Shown piece after piece: positions 41,501 to 51,712 of a stretch of DNA of 64,000 nucleotides (positions are counted from its first letter, which is position 1; each line of letters starts with the position of its first letter). Under the pieces are notes generated by a model. The model worked only from the letters and a program-made list of their open reading frames with translations. It had not been told where the DNA came from and did no database searches. The DNA lies in IMG/VR virus record IMGVR_UViG_3300023070_000001, positions 13,102 through 77,101 of that record. The stretch is one strand, 5' to 3'. The DNA comes from a virus. Its lineage: Duplodnaviria; Caudoviricetes. A program made the translations under genes and the position numbers.

Positions 41501-43103
41501 CATTTAATGCTAGAGATAGCTTAGTACCTTCTTGCACATCAACGATAGGCTTACCAATCCAAGCTAATCCACGAGAATCAACTGCATCAGTAAAGTCAGG
41601 ATCTACGTAAGGAATTGTTCCACGACTTTGGGCAGCACCCAACAACTCTAAGAACAGTGCCATTACAGGCTCTACAGCAGGAATAGCAGTCAGGTTCATC
41701 TTAAAGAAGTATGCTGATAGAGGTAATGCAATTCCTACGTTACCGATAAGGTCAAGTCCTAGTTGAGCTACAACAGGTGAAGCATCCCAGGTGTAAGCTG
41801 ATCTGAACCTCTCAGTCCATACAGTGTCATCAGGTGAAGTGTCAAAGACTACAAATCCGTTATCTTCACGGATTCTCCAATACTTCATTGCGCCCATATT
41901 CATAGCCCAGTCCTCAATGGCTACGCTTGAGTTATTAGATACTTCAGCAATCATTCTTAGCTCATTGTTTACTCTAGCAGTATACATACGAGCATAATTG
42001 TTAGATGACCCTGCATAGCTAAGCTTCAGTACAGTATGGATCTGTCCATCTGCTGCTGGATCTGATGGGGCGACATCTACACCAATGGAGATACCAGAGC
42101 TATCAAAGTCGTACTCGCCTGAGCGCACATAAATAGATCCTGCTGAGGATAGAGTTAGCTTAAGGTGTCCAAAGCTGTCATCTGTAACAATACCATTAGC
42201 AAATGTATCTCGTGCTAATGCCCATACAGTTAGCTTATCATTAACTACCTTGGCTGCCTTAGCCTTATCTAGGGCTACCTTAGCCTCATTAAGCTGCTTA
42301 GTAGCTTCCTTCTTCTCAGCGGCAGTAGATGTTTTATCCTTATACACTGCCGCATAATCAACCTTCTCAGCATTGTATGCAGCAGTAGCTTGAGTAACAT
42401 CTTCAGTTAGGTTTTTATTAGCTTCAACAAATCTATCGTGATCTGCTGATGCCTCCTGCTTAGCGCCAAGGGAGGTTAAAGAGATTCCAGTACGGTAACC
42501 TGTATTTTCCCAGATGTCAGTATTAAGTGTCTCTCCGGTAAATGGATCAACCAATGTCTCTAGCTTGGTGATAATGTTATCCGGGAATCCTGTAGGGTAT
42601 ACGCTAGCCCATTCAAGAACCTTACCTGTTCCTGATCCTGAGACAGTAGCGGAACGGATCTCTGCATCATTAATCTGGGAATCTACTACAGCAGTACCTA
42701 AAACCTGGAAACGAATCTTTCCATCGAAACGGATTTCCCACAGATTCTCATAATCAAAAAGCTCTTCAATAGATGAACCATTAGCTAGAGTATTCTGAAA
42801 CAGTGGATGATCTAAGTTAAGTGAGAATGATGATGCACCGAATGCACTTAGTTCACGAGAGAATGTAAGGCTAGTAAAGTCATTGGTCCTCAAAAGCTCA
42901 GTTTGAAAATCATCATGAGCACGGCAAATAAGCTCCCACCCAATACTTCCATACGGAATTTCTGGTTCCGATACGAGAGCACTTAAAGTAAATGGAAGCC
43001 TTTTTGGCAATACGCCAGTGAAACCATATGCCTTCACGGTCCCTGGGCGAACCAGGCCACCTAAATTGAAGGGGATCTTATGAGGTAGTGATGCTAGACT
43101 CAC
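38562..43103 (-). CDS. Large tail-tip/baseplate hub protein with FN3-like domains
   Basis: Follows Dit; Tal-like N-terminus, FN3 motifs (YEVQIRAVD, WVRVIAVDKAGN). Confidence 0.8.
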   Translation of the reverse strand: MSLASLPHKIPFNLGGLVRPGTVKAYGFTGVLPKRLPFTLSALVSEPEIPYGSIGWELICRAHDDFQTELLRTNDFTSLTFSRELSAFGASSFSLNLDHPLFQNTLANGSSIEELFDYENLWEIRFDGKIRFQVLGTAVVDSQINDAEIRSATVSGSGTGKVLEWASVYPTGFPDNIITKLETLVDPFTGETLNTDIWENTGYRTGISLTSLGAKQEASADHDRFVEANKNLTEDVTQATAAYNAEKVDYAAVYKDKTSTAAEKKEATKQLNEAKVALDKAKAAKVVNDKLTVWALARDTFANGIVTDDSFGHLKLTLSSAGSIYVRSGEYDFDSSGISIGVDVAPSDPAADGQIHTVLKLSYAGSSNNYARMYTARVNNELRMIAEVSNNSSVAIEDWAMNMGAMKYWRIREDNGFVVFDTSPDDTVWTERFRSAYTWDASPVVAQLGLDLIGNVGIALPLSAYFFKMNLTAIPAVEPVMALFLELLGAAQSRGTIPYVDPDFTDAVDSRGLAWIGKPIVDVQEGTKLSLALNDLAQIQQADWIMDPDFKLKIYQRTKGDIVIPPVFFAKEDVVFHEAGSQISKERSRSRDQIANSIVGKNAAGEYAYIEDADSIDKFQRREAFIQAGNADDVANLALVLDSSLEELKGEKTSWKVVVAADQPGRRVFEDYDVGDWISIENIDSKNNITVGQWRVVGIAVQVVSDGITTVELTLQSRMELLAQRLKSQVDNMSPSSASGGTTLGSAISAAVLLEQATLAGLKDVVIPNPVEGDVLTYANGFWVPAAPGDKTVPMTPEFVSVFSNVYYPADGVSVRAQAELSWTLPTNTDGSIISDGHHFELRYRPDVSADYPATWEEAHQYDWNEVYTWGQPTIPPITNSGWQVLYVGWDDLSTVIQELSPGVDYEVQIRAVDSSTPQHFSEWSDIYTFSANRDTIAPPMPAPPVIASSLLGIQVQHFLGRFDGGQFNLPPDMSHLEIHVGGPSFYPDESTRVGKIIADQGMIRSGTPVIQTFNLESTDNIWVRVIAVDKAGNKSGPSPAVTSTINLIDDAHISDLTASKITAGTISSSIILAGVIKTAETGARAEMNFEGFRIFSEDEDATVSLLGNPAENGNFLMIKDLEDPTQTLAGIDGTGRGSFQSATISDDITIQGELLLEEIINPRSKGVISIGSYTGASYVGAGVNIERGFMEISFIAEESRTYMICFVTEWESTVATDRLVLRLRDAGEDDPSLALPYLQQAIAPGVDGPAANQGAQIIYSGTFTPGLHRVLVSFYCTNGIATLNPPGGSGQPENTTLIWVEDVGLPKTDTVILNDAGIDVYNAPAPTDPTNNVSKPPKPKPKVEYTKTYSATWSGTYRSNGDYSSSHGSQMVQGDSGADSWLNDARSLCGFNYAQIMKDTKGATIKACYVTLYANHWYWNDGGTARIGTHNYTGRPGSWSGSRVDEQRVSSSNWPKPGKRKVSLGTGIGNDFKSGAAKGIALGPTSGSKTQYGKFNGNGQSNEPVLTIVYVK

Positions 43104-43121
43104 GGCCTTACACTCCTAAAA

Positions 43122-43937
43122 TTAACCATTGATTAGCTTAGTAACTGTCATATATGAAGATGCTCGCATAACTGTCTGAGCAGCGTTAGATGTATTCTGA
43201 GCGTGCTGAAGAGTTACGTTCCCAGGTGTAGCACCAATAGAGATTACGAACCTCTCCTGAATAGATGTCCAGAAGTTATCATCACTGTTCAAACCATATG
43301 CGATACTGGCGCCATAACCATGAGCACCAGTTCTCATATTAGTATCGTCTCGGTTAGTAGATGCAGCAGTAGGGCCAAGAACTGATCTTAATCCACCGGC
43401 GCCAGATGGTACTGACCAAGCTAATACAATGTCTCCTGCACCACCTGAACAGATAGCATATAATTCTACCTTGTACTTTGTATTGGCTACAGCAGCAAAC
43501 TTCAACACGGTATCGTCATTCAAAGTTACATCACTAGAATAACCCTGATCTACTGACTTATATACGGTGAATGTAGATTCCCATGCTGATTCGGGTAATC
43601 CGTGCACACCAGCAGGTGTAGTGTTAGCCATGTGGTCCTGAGGTTCTTGGAAGTCACGAGCAGATACACCATGAACAATAGCTGAACCTGATGCATGAGT
43701 TTTGGCGGTAGTACCGTCAGATGCACGAGTAATGATTAAAGTACCAGGAGATCCGCCCTTAGGGCCTGTAACTGTTACCAATTCCTCATTTGAGGTATCT
43801 GGTTCTAATCTAAGAGTATATGGGTACTGTGAAGGGAAACCTGTTGTTGAGGCAGGAGTGATTTCGGTAGCACCTGTAGAGATACCACCTACGTTAGATA
43901 GAGTAGTAAGAACTGCAACGTTGCTGTAGTAACGCAT
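43122..43937 (-). CDS. Minor tail protein
   Basis: ITRASDGTTAKTHASG motif; position after Dit. Confidence 0.75.
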   Translation of the reverse strand: MRYYSNVAVLTTLSNVGGISTGATEITPASTTGFPSQYPYTLRLEPDTSNEELVTVTGPKGGSPGTLIITRASDGTTAKTHASGSAIVHGVSARDFQEPQDHMANTTPAGVHGLPESAWESTFTVYKSVDQGYSSDVTLNDDTVLKFAAVANTKYKVELYAICSGGAGDIVLAWSVPSGAGGLRSVLGPTAASTNRDDTNMRTGAHGYGASIAYGLNSDDNFWTSIQERFVISIGATPGNVTLQHAQNTSNAAQTVMRASSYMTVTKLING

Positions 43938-43948
43938 TTATAAACCTT

Positions 43949-44788
43949 TCACAGATATGCTGGTCTGAATGTAATGACCGCGTTCCCGGAACTATTACCG
44001 AGAGATGTTAATTTCAAAGTATTATTACCTGGCGCTAATCTCATCCAAGCTCGGAAACCTGAGTGAGTAACTGAACCTACCAGGTTACTGTTATCGAATG
44101 TATTAGTAACTGTAAAATCACCAACACTCACGTTTACCTCATCGGCTACTACTGCGGTATTTACTCTAAACCAGGTATGAGGATTGGTAGTCTGATTGGT
44201 CAGGGTAGGAGAAACTAATTCACCATATAATTCAATATTTAAAGTCAACCAGGCATCAATGTCTCCAGGGTTGTTCACTACTACCAGATCCCCTACTTCG
44301 AGCGTCTGCGTTAATTCTGGGCCGTAGAAATAGGGGTCTGAGAGTAGTAGGTCAACTGCGAAGTCAGCTCTTGTACGACCTGTCATAGTAGGGTCCATAG
44401 TTCCCGCTAATTCACAGAGTGCAGTAGCCTCTCGCAATACTGGGGCTGAGGCATTCTCCCACCAACGACGAGTCAAAACTAATTGCTCATCAGGTGACCA
44501 GAATGCCTTCTGCAATGCTCGCCAGTTATCATTGAATTGGGTAAGTTGATTCTCACCTGGTTGATCTGTATCAGGATCAATTCCCGCAACCCACATAGCT
44601 AAGGTAATGATTCTAGAGTCAGCTTTTTTGGCTCTGAATGATCTACCATCACGGAAGGGGTAAAGAACGTTATCCCCTCTTAGCTTAGGTACAGCTAAAC
44701 GTGATCCTCCAACTGTTTTAATAGAATGGCAATACTGGTTGAGAGATATTCCACCAATCTCCCAATACTCATCTGAACTGTTAGACAT
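43949..44788 (-). CDS. Distal tail protein (Dit)
   Basis: Directly after the tape measure; DPYFYG, NPGD, LAPGNN motifs. Confidence 0.82.
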   Translation of the reverse strand: MSNSSDEYWEIGGISLNQYCHSIKTVGGSRLAVPKLRGDNVLYPFRDGRSFRAKKADSRIITLAMWVAGIDPDTDQPGENQLTQFNDNWRALQKAFWSPDEQLVLTRRWWENASAPVLREATALCELAGTMDPTMTGRTRADFAVDLLLSDPYFYGPELTQTLEVGDLVVVNNPGDIDAWLTLNIELYGELVSPTLTNQTTNPHTWFRVNTAVVADEVNVSVGDFTVTNTFDNSNLVGSVTHSGFRAWMRLAPGNNTLKLTSLGNSSGNAVITFRPAYL

Positions 44789-44802
44789 TCTTTACCTCCC
44801 TC

Positions 44803-47800
44803 CTAGAATAGTAGATTAGTCCTGTAAAGGGCATCTCTGATTGAATCTCCTGCACGCTCTGGTACAGGGTTGTTAATGATAACGTCACCAAATGTCCTTG
44901 AAGTATCTGTTGAATTATTAACTACTGCGCTTGCAGCAGGTGATAGAGTTCTTGGAGTTGAAGGAAGTGGAGTTTGCTGACTTGGTGCCAGGTTATCCAT
45001 TCCCATCATCTTCATAAGGTCTACCAGACCACCATCCTTGAAAGCCCAGTGATCGTGAGCATTTCCACCAGCGAAGTTGTGCTGATTCCAAATTGCACCA
45101 GTATAACGATGTGGCTTACCATTGTGTAGGTTAAGATCGTTATATGGAGTAATAAGTTCCTTGGTGCGGGCACCATAGTTAGCACGAATCCACTGAGCTA
45201 CATCTCTACGTGGCGGAAGGTCAACGGCTCTACCTACAGAGTGATAAGACCTGTTTCCTGATAGTGTTCTAGCTCCTGGGCGGAAACCAGAGATAAGCTG
45301 CAAGCCAGGGAATGCCTGACGAAGTACTGCCATCTGCCACTTATAACCATTTCCACCTGCCGCACCACCAAGGCCACCTAAATCATTAGCCCATGCCTTC
45401 TTGATCATAGTGTCTGATGTATCTACAGGGAATGGCCATCCAACACCTCCACCCTTAGCGAAGTTATGACCACCTGAAGCACATGCAGGACAATTCTTAC
45501 TATGTGAACCTCCACTAGCGAATCCATGACCATCATCAGGTAAAGCCTCCTGAATAACTGCCTTATCAAGCTTACGAGTTCTTAATGCTTCCATCAAAGG
45601 CATACCGTAATACTCTACGGCATCAGTAGGCTGAACAAACTCACCGTTAGATAGCCATGCCTGAATAGAGTCAGAGGTACGAGTACCCTGACCATAAACG
45701 GGACCACCAGTAGCATAACCATGAGCATTAGCACGAGCCTTAGACTGCTCTACTTCCTTAGCAGCCTCATCTAGACTCTTACCACTCTGTAGGGATGCCT
45801 GCAATGCCTTAAGATCCTGCATTTGCTGGTAAACCTTAACGTATCCCTGAGTTTCAATGTTAGTCTTAACATCATCAGGTACGTCACCATAAGCATCAAT
45901 AAGTTTACGAGTTTCAGTCTTGCTCAAGTTAGCCTTATCAGCCTCTCTCTGCAACTCCTTAATTCTAGCCTGGTGGCGCCTTAATGCCTGATCCATAGGA
46001 GTACCAGATGCGATATCCTGTAAATAAAGCTCACGTGTAGCCTTTGCTGCTTCCTCAAGGGCATCACGGTTACGTAGACCTGCTCTACTATGAACGTCAA
46101 GGCTTCTACCGTTAGCAGAAATAGAATCCTTTAAATCAAGCATTCTACTAGACCATGATTCAGTTGCCTCAGTGGCATTGATCATAGCACCCTTTTCATC
46201 ATTGATGATATCCCTAAGGGCACTACTCTTGTTCTCAGCAGATGAGGTAGCGCTAGATAATGTATCAAGAGCTGAAGATAGCTTTTGGATTCTACCCTGG
46301 ATTTCTCCCGCAGCAGTAGCGCTGTTTACTTGCTCTTGAGTAAGTCCACTCAACCTATCCTGATAAGTTCTACTGATATCAGCAGCATTACTCATGACAG
46401 CATTTTGACGAGTCTGAGCATCAGCTACCTCGTTAATCTGCTTCTTATATGCAATAGCCGCATTCACAGCATCCTGAGGACCCTGCTTACCAGCTAACTT
46501 ATCAGCTTCACCCTGGCCACCAATACTATTGTAGTTCTCAGGAACTTGTGCCTGAAGATACTTGATCTGAGCATCAAGCTGAGCGTTAACTCTACTCAAG
46601 CTCTGAGACTGGTTATTTAGCGCACCAGAAACATCCTTTACGCTAAGGCCATAACTCTTAGAACTTTCAAGAATACTTCTAAGCTTTTCATCAGTCTGAG
46701 CAAGCTGGTCAATTCCAGAGGAATCTCCCTGTGATAGGTCAGAGTATGCATTCTTTAGTGCTAGGAATGCATCCTTAGTATCTTGTGCCTCCTGCTTGTT
46801 ATTAGCTAATTCAGATGTGATAGCTCCTACTAGAACTGTAGCTCCAATTAATGCCACACCCCATGGCCCGCCAACAAATGATGACAGGCTACTTAATGCA
46901 CCTCTTGCTACACCTCCAGCGGCACGTACACCATTAAGAGCACTTGCGAATCTACCAGTTTGAGTAGCAGCTCTAGTAGATGCATTACCTACTCGTTCAG
47001 TTGCCTTAGCCTGCTGATCTAATACCTCAGACCCGATTGCACCAACTGATCCAACAGTGCTTGGAATATTCTTAGGTAATGCTTGCTGTCCACCAACAGT
47101 AGATAGTCCGGCAGCTCCACGTGCAGCATCGGCAAAGGCACCTGATAGATTACCCTTGTTACGAGTCATCCATGTAAAGAAGTCCCATAGCTTGAATAGT
47201 CCTGTAAACCTAGCAACTACAGATACCGCAGCAATAGCAGCAACTCCAGCAGCAACAGATCCTAGAACATTACTAATACCAGGAAGAGCTGCGATGTTGA
47301 ATAATAATTCTGCAAAACTAGCCAGTACAGTTACGAATACACTAAGAGCCTGTGTTGCTCCACTATCCAAGAACTTAGCGATAGCATCTAGAAGATCACC
47401 AATTGCCTCTGTAACTGTTACAGCAATTCCTGACTCATTTAGCTGACGTAGAATTTCAAGAATAGGTGGAAGAACTCTAGTACGTAGAGTATCTAGCAAT
47501 GCAACCATTGTAGAGATACTATCCTGGTCAGATGCTAGTCCAGCAATTCCACGAGCTAGATCACGGATAAGAGCACCAATACTTGTTAGCACTGGCTGAA
47601 TATCCTGCATCCACTTACGTAGAGGTGAGTTAGCTGCTTCCTGCTGCTCAGCTACATCTGCCCATCCACCAGTGATATCCTCAAGAGTTCTTAGGTAATC
47701 CTGTCCCTGATCTACTGTAGACTGGAAGAATGAATTAACTACATTACCTAGGTTCTTAAGGATCTGCCATAGAATCTGAGCGGATTCAGTTGTCTGATCA

Positions 47801-49635
47801 AGGAATGTTAAAATAGTTCCATCAGAGCGAGCTTGAGCTGACCATTCCGCAAATGCTTCAGCGCCATCCTTTAATGCTCCTGTTACCCAGCGAGTAAATG
47901 GTGCAGCAGCCACGGCGATATTACGGAACACGTTAATTAACGCGAAACCGGCCTTACCCATATTCTCAATGTTCTTAGCATTTTCATTAGCGATGATACC
48001 AAAGTCACGCTTCCACGGACCTGAGGTAAGCATTCTAATACCTTCATCAGCAAGTCTACCTACAGCAGAGGCTGACTTACCAAAGAAGTTCTCTGAGATA
48101 GGAAGTAGCTTATTAAGACGTTCAGTCTGATCAGCAATTTCTACAAAGAACTTTTCGCTAACACGTCTCTGTCCTTCAGCATATGCTTCGGTGAACGCTA
48201 CAAACGCCTCAGTAACCTTCTGTGTTGCCGGATCAAGGTTCTTTAGGGCAAGCTCATACTTCTGAGTAGCTGTAAGAGCCTTCTCAGTTCCTAATCTTGC
48301 CTTTTCCTCAGCTTCAGCCTGCTGCTCTCTAGCCTGACGGGCATTCTTTAGAAGCTCAGCCATTCCACCAAGAGCTTGCTTAGTTCCTCCAATAGCTCCA
48401 ATAAATGCAAAGATCAATCCAGGACCAGCAGCTAGTAATCCAGAAAGTGATCCTAGTGCGCTAGCAGTTCCTAATGCTCCACCACCAAGAGCACCAATTC
48501 CTGAAACAAGTGCTGGAATAGCAGATACGATTACACCGATAAGTCCAGGCATTCTATATAGCTCGCCAGATACTCGACTTAGGCGCTGTAGTAGCTTAGA
48601 GCTTGCCTCTGAGAAGTCATCGAATCCAGAAACAAATGACTGGATAAAGTTTCCTCCACCACCGCCTCCACCTGCCGCAGCGGCTCTACGTAGCCTTTCG
48701 AATACAGTAGTTCCCTTCTCGGCCTCACTGAATACACGAGACATATCAGATAGCGCAGTTAATGCCCAGAACTTGAATGCTCTACCTGAAGGGAGCCCAT
48801 CAATAATCTTAAGCTCATCCTGGATTCTCTTAGATTCCTTGATGATGTCTTCAGCAACTTCATCCTTAAATAGCTTTTGAATAGCACGTAGACTATTCAA
48901 TGCTCGGGTTGTATCGATAGTAACCTGAGGATTAGCTGATTCATGTCCTAGCTTACGAAGTTCTAACTCTACAGACTTCATTGCCTGCTTGGCATCTTCA
49001 GTGTCTACATCTAAATCAAGCTTATCGAAACCAAGTACGCTTAGTGTTGCATTCAAATCTCGTAGCTTAGTAGCAAAGCCTTGTACGAATGCATTACCTG
49101 TACTAGTTCCCTCCTTAGAGAACTTATCTTGAATCTTCTTTAGCGTAGTACTGAATGTAGAGTCATTACCTAATTCGGGGGCATCCTTGGTAATCTTCTT
49201 CTTAACATTACCTACGAAACCTGCTCCGGATTCATCTCCAGCTTTAGCAAATGCCTGGCTTAATGCCTTTGTTGCAGCAGATAGGAATTGAGCATTAGAT
49301 CCACTCTTGGAATCCTGCTCTAGCTTACGACCCATTCCCTTAGTAAAGGATGCGCCAGTATCTTCACCAGCCTTTTCGGCTGTAGCCTTATTCTTACCTA
49401 GATCCTCTACAGACCTCTTAGCAGAATCAGCGCTCTGCTTTTCAGCCTTAGCTCTGTCTGCTTTTGATGCTGCAACTTTTTTATCCTCAGCCATAGACTG
49501 AGCATTTAGCTTAGCTTCCTCTTCACGTAATTCACGTAGGGCGCGCTGAGCCTTCTTAGCCTCGCGGATAAGGTTGTCGAACTCTGCGAGGGCACGATAA
49601 CGAGATACATGCTCTGAGCCTGATGGGCTAGTCAC
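44803..49635 (-). CDS. Tape measure protein with C-terminal M15-like peptidase motif
   Basis: 1610 aa, Ala/Gly-rich helical repeats; GYATGG; SYHSVGRAVD...DHWA. Confidence 0.92.
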   Translation of the reverse strand: MTSPSGSEHVSRYRALAEFDNLIREAKKAQRALRELREEEAKLNAQSMAEDKKVAASKADRAKAEKQSADSAKRSVEDLGKNKATAEKAGEDTGASFTKGMGRKLEQDSKSGSNAQFLSAATKALSQAFAKAGDESGAGFVGNVKKKITKDAPELGNDSTFSTTLKKIQDKFSKEGTSTGNAFVQGFATKLRDLNATLSVLGFDKLDLDVDTEDAKQAMKSVELELRKLGHESANPQVTIDTTRALNSLRAIQKLFKDEVAEDIIKESKRIQDELKIIDGLPSGRAFKFWALTALSDMSRVFSEAEKGTTVFERLRRAAAAGGGGGGGNFIQSFVSGFDDFSEASSKLLQRLSRVSGELYRMPGLIGVIVSAIPALVSGIGALGGGALGTASALGSLSGLLAAGPGLIFAFIGAIGGTKQALGGMAELLKNARQAREQQAEAEEKARLGTEKALTATQKYELALKNLDPATQKVTEAFVAFTEAYAEGQRRVSEKFFVEIADQTERLNKLLPISENFFGKSASAVGRLADEGIRMLTSGPWKRDFGIIANENAKNIENMGKAGFALINVFRNIAVAAAPFTRWVTGALKDGAEAFAEWSAQARSDGTILTFLDQTTESAQILWQILKNLGNVVNSFFQSTVDQGQDYLRTLEDITGGWADVAEQQEAANSPLRKWMQDIQPVLTSIGALIRDLARGIAGLASDQDSISTMVALLDTLRTRVLPPILEILRQLNESGIAVTVTEAIGDLLDAIAKFLDSGATQALSVFVTVLASFAELLFNIAALPGISNVLGSVAAGVAAIAAVSVVARFTGLFKLWDFFTWMTRNKGNLSGAFADAARGAAGLSTVGGQQALPKNIPSTVGSVGAIGSEVLDQQAKATERVGNASTRAATQTGRFASALNGVRAAGGVARGALSSLSSFVGGPWGVALIGATVLVGAITSELANNKQEAQDTKDAFLALKNAYSDLSQGDSSGIDQLAQTDEKLRSILESSKSYGLSVKDVSGALNNQSQSLSRVNAQLDAQIKYLQAQVPENYNSIGGQGEADKLAGKQGPQDAVNAAIAYKKQINEVADAQTRQNAVMSNAADISRTYQDRLSGLTQEQVNSATAAGEIQGRIQKLSSALDTLSSATSSAENKSSALRDIINDEKGAMINATEATESWSSRMLDLKDSISANGRSLDVHSRAGLRNRDALEEAAKATRELYLQDIASGTPMDQALRRHQARIKELQREADKANLSKTETRKLIDAYGDVPDDVKTNIETQGYVKVYQQMQDLKALQASLQSGKSLDEAAKEVEQSKARANAHGYATGGPVYGQGTRTSDSIQAWLSNGEFVQPTDAVEYYGMPLMEALRTRKLDKAVIQEALPDDGHGFASGGSHSKNCPACASGGHNFAKGGGVGWPFPVDTSDTMIKKAWANDLGGLGGAAGGNGYKWQMAVLRQAFPGLQLISGFRPGARTLSGNRSYHSVGRAVDLPPRRDVAQWIRANYGARTKELITPYNDLNLHNGKPHRYTGAIWNQHNFAGGNAHDHWAFKDGGLVDLMKMMGMDNLAPSQQTPLPSTPRTLSPAASAVVNNSTDTSRTFGDVIINNPVPERAGDSIRDALYRTNLLF

Positions 49636-49657
49636 CGTGCAACCTCCAAGGTTTCAT

Positions 49658-50664
49658 TTAATCGTGGCCCGGCTTACCCTCTGATAGTTTCATTCCGAAC
49701 ATGGCTAACATATCCATACTGTTCCTATCAGCAGCAGCCTCATAGTTCTTTTGGGCCTGAGCTTCTTGAGTTTGTGCGTTAACGGCTACCTTCTTATCTA
49801 TCTGTACGGGTTTGAAATCACCCTGACCGAATAGCTCGAACTCTTCTTTATCTATCGTCAGATTAGCTGCAAACTTCATTAGTTCCTCAGAGCTGTTTGA
49901 GCCTGCCGCAGCCATTACCATAGCTAGATTTCTAGTCTGCCAGGATAGCTGAAGTCTTTGATCTCTTTGTTCCAAGAATCTAGCCTCAGTAATAGTCGCA
50001 AGTATCTGCCTTATACGACGTAAAGTGAGATCGAGAATAATGTCATCAGTCCACCCATAGGTAGAACTGATGACATTAAACGCTCTTGATATAGGGCCTA
50101 CTAGATCAATTCCAGGAATATGCGGAACTACTCCGCTACTGGTGCTTGCTCTGTCATTGTCTGAGGTACTTGGCCTGTCTTCTTCGCTAGATCGAACATG
50201 CTCATTAGACGTTTTCCCAGTGCCTGCAAGTCTTCAGCTTCGCGCTGTACGATTGCCTCAATGATGGTAATAACATCTTCTAGCTCTGGGTTATAAAGCT
50301 CTTCAAACAAGGACTCAGTAAGTTCTTTATTTGTCTGCTTCTCTTCCTTGCTAAGGTTACGGCCTGCCTTTACTCCCTCAGATTCAACCATTGCTAGAAG
50401 GAAGTCGATAACCTCATCTTCAGCATCAGGGATAGCAAAACCAACTAGAGCAAATAGCTTTGCGCCAAACTCTTCAGGGGTATCGTCACCTGAGAATTTA
50501 ACGTTAAGAAGCATTCCACCAGCACCGTGGGTTACGATACGTAGTAACTTGAAGAACTGTCGTGCCTTTAAAGGCTGAATAACGACTTTAGTTCCTGAAG
50601 ATAATACTACAGAATCTCCTGCATTGATAATTACATCTACATCTTTTGGACTTGCTTTTGCCAT
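49658..50664 (-). CDS. Tail assembly chaperone, -1 frameshift product (~335 aa)
   Basis: G-GGA-AAA at 50218-50212; -1 frame open to 49658 and contains STYGWTDDIILDL. Confidence 0.85.
50128..50664 (-). CDS. Tail assembly chaperone (short form)
   Basis: Between tail tube and tape measure. Confidence 0.88.
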   Translation of the reverse strand: MAKASPKDVDVIINAGDSVVLSSGTKVVIQPLKARQFFKLLRIVTHGAGGMLLNVKFSGDDTPEEFGAKLFALVGFAIPDAEDEVIDFLLAMVESEGVKAGRNLSKEEKQTNKELTESLFEELYNPELEDVITIIEAIVQREAEDLQALGKRLMSMFDLAKKTGQVPQTMTEQAPVAE

Positions 50665-50700
50665 TTTGGACTCCTGGTCTCAGTGGGCTTTAAGTTTTAA

Positions 50701-51258
50701 TTACGCTGCACGGTTAACTACGCGGCCAATAGCACGCTTAGCTAGGGTTACACCCTTTTCGTTCTTGTCTGAAATAACTGCTCGACCTGTGTAGTTAAGT
50801 AGAAGTCCAGACTTGTAAGATGGTCCTGTGAAGTTAATAGGACCAAAGATTACCTTGTATAGAATGAAGTCCATTACTCGAATCTGGCCATCGCTATCCT
50901 TTGATGGAACACGAATAAGCATCGGACGAGCTGGCTGGTTTACGGAATCTTCTTCCCATAGACCCATTTCATATGTAGTTCCCTGGCCTGTACCTGAAGA
51001 GGTTAAAGTTGCACCAGATAGAAGACCAATAGTCCTGAATGGAAGATAACCAGCTTCAACGGTAACTGTGGCGAAGTTCAGCCAGAACCATGATGATAGA
51101 ACGTAGTCATCACCAGTGTTATCATAGTTACCTGTATCTGCGGCAATCGTTCCAGAACGTACACCGAAAATGTCACCGAACTCTTCCTCAGTACCGTCAG
51201 TTCCATCTAGGATGGCTGCGTGGCTAATTGAGAAGCCTTCGAAATTTGATCCTGCCAC
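50701..51258 (-). CDS. Major tail (tube) protein
   Basis: Position and composition; GTG start after GAAAGGGA. Confidence 0.82.
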   Translation of the reverse strand: MAGSNFEGFSISHAAILDGTDGTEEEFGDIFGVRSGTIAADTGNYDNTGDDYVLSSWFWLNFATVTVEAGYLPFRTIGLLSGATLTSSGTGQGTTYEMGLWEEDSVNQPARPMLIRVPSKDSDGQIRVMDFILYKVIFGPINFTGPSYKSGLLLNYTGRAVISDKNEKGVTLAKRAIGRVVNRAA

Positions 51259-51367
51259 TGTCTTTCCCTTTCTGTCCAAATAAAATGGAACGTGAGAGGG
51301 AAATGTAACCCTCTACTAGTATTCTTTTATATCATCGGTCAAACCCTTATTGTTCTGATGTAATTAA

Positions 51368-51712
51368 TTAAGAACTAGTTGCCTTACTAGCGACGCATTT
51401 ACCTGTAGTATCGTAGTAATGTAGTAACCTCTTAGTTCCTGGTGCTCCGTTTGCTCTTGCCCACTTGGCACAATCAGCACAGGCAATCTCCATATAGGTA
51501 CCTGGCTCGGGCATATGGTCCTGAAGCAATACCAGAAACAGCTTCTTGAATTTACCTGGGCATCGTATTTCAATACCATCTTTTACAAATACTGGACCCT
51601 TTTCAGAGAAGGGAGGTAATCTCCAAATCTCTTTATCTTCATTCATTATTAGCTCCTGACATAAGTGATCTCTGATAAACTTCTGTACCTTTGCCAGGGA
51701 TAAGCTGACCAA
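51368..51712 (-). CDS. Hypothetical protein (Cys-containing)
   Basis: ORF track; true start probably later. Confidence 0.5.
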   Translation of the reverse strand: MVSLSLAKVQKFIRDHLCQELIMNEDKEIWRLPPFSEKGPVFVKDGIEIRCPGKFKKLFLVLLQDHMPEPGTYMEIACADCAKWARANGAPGTKRLLHYYDTTGKCVASKATSS

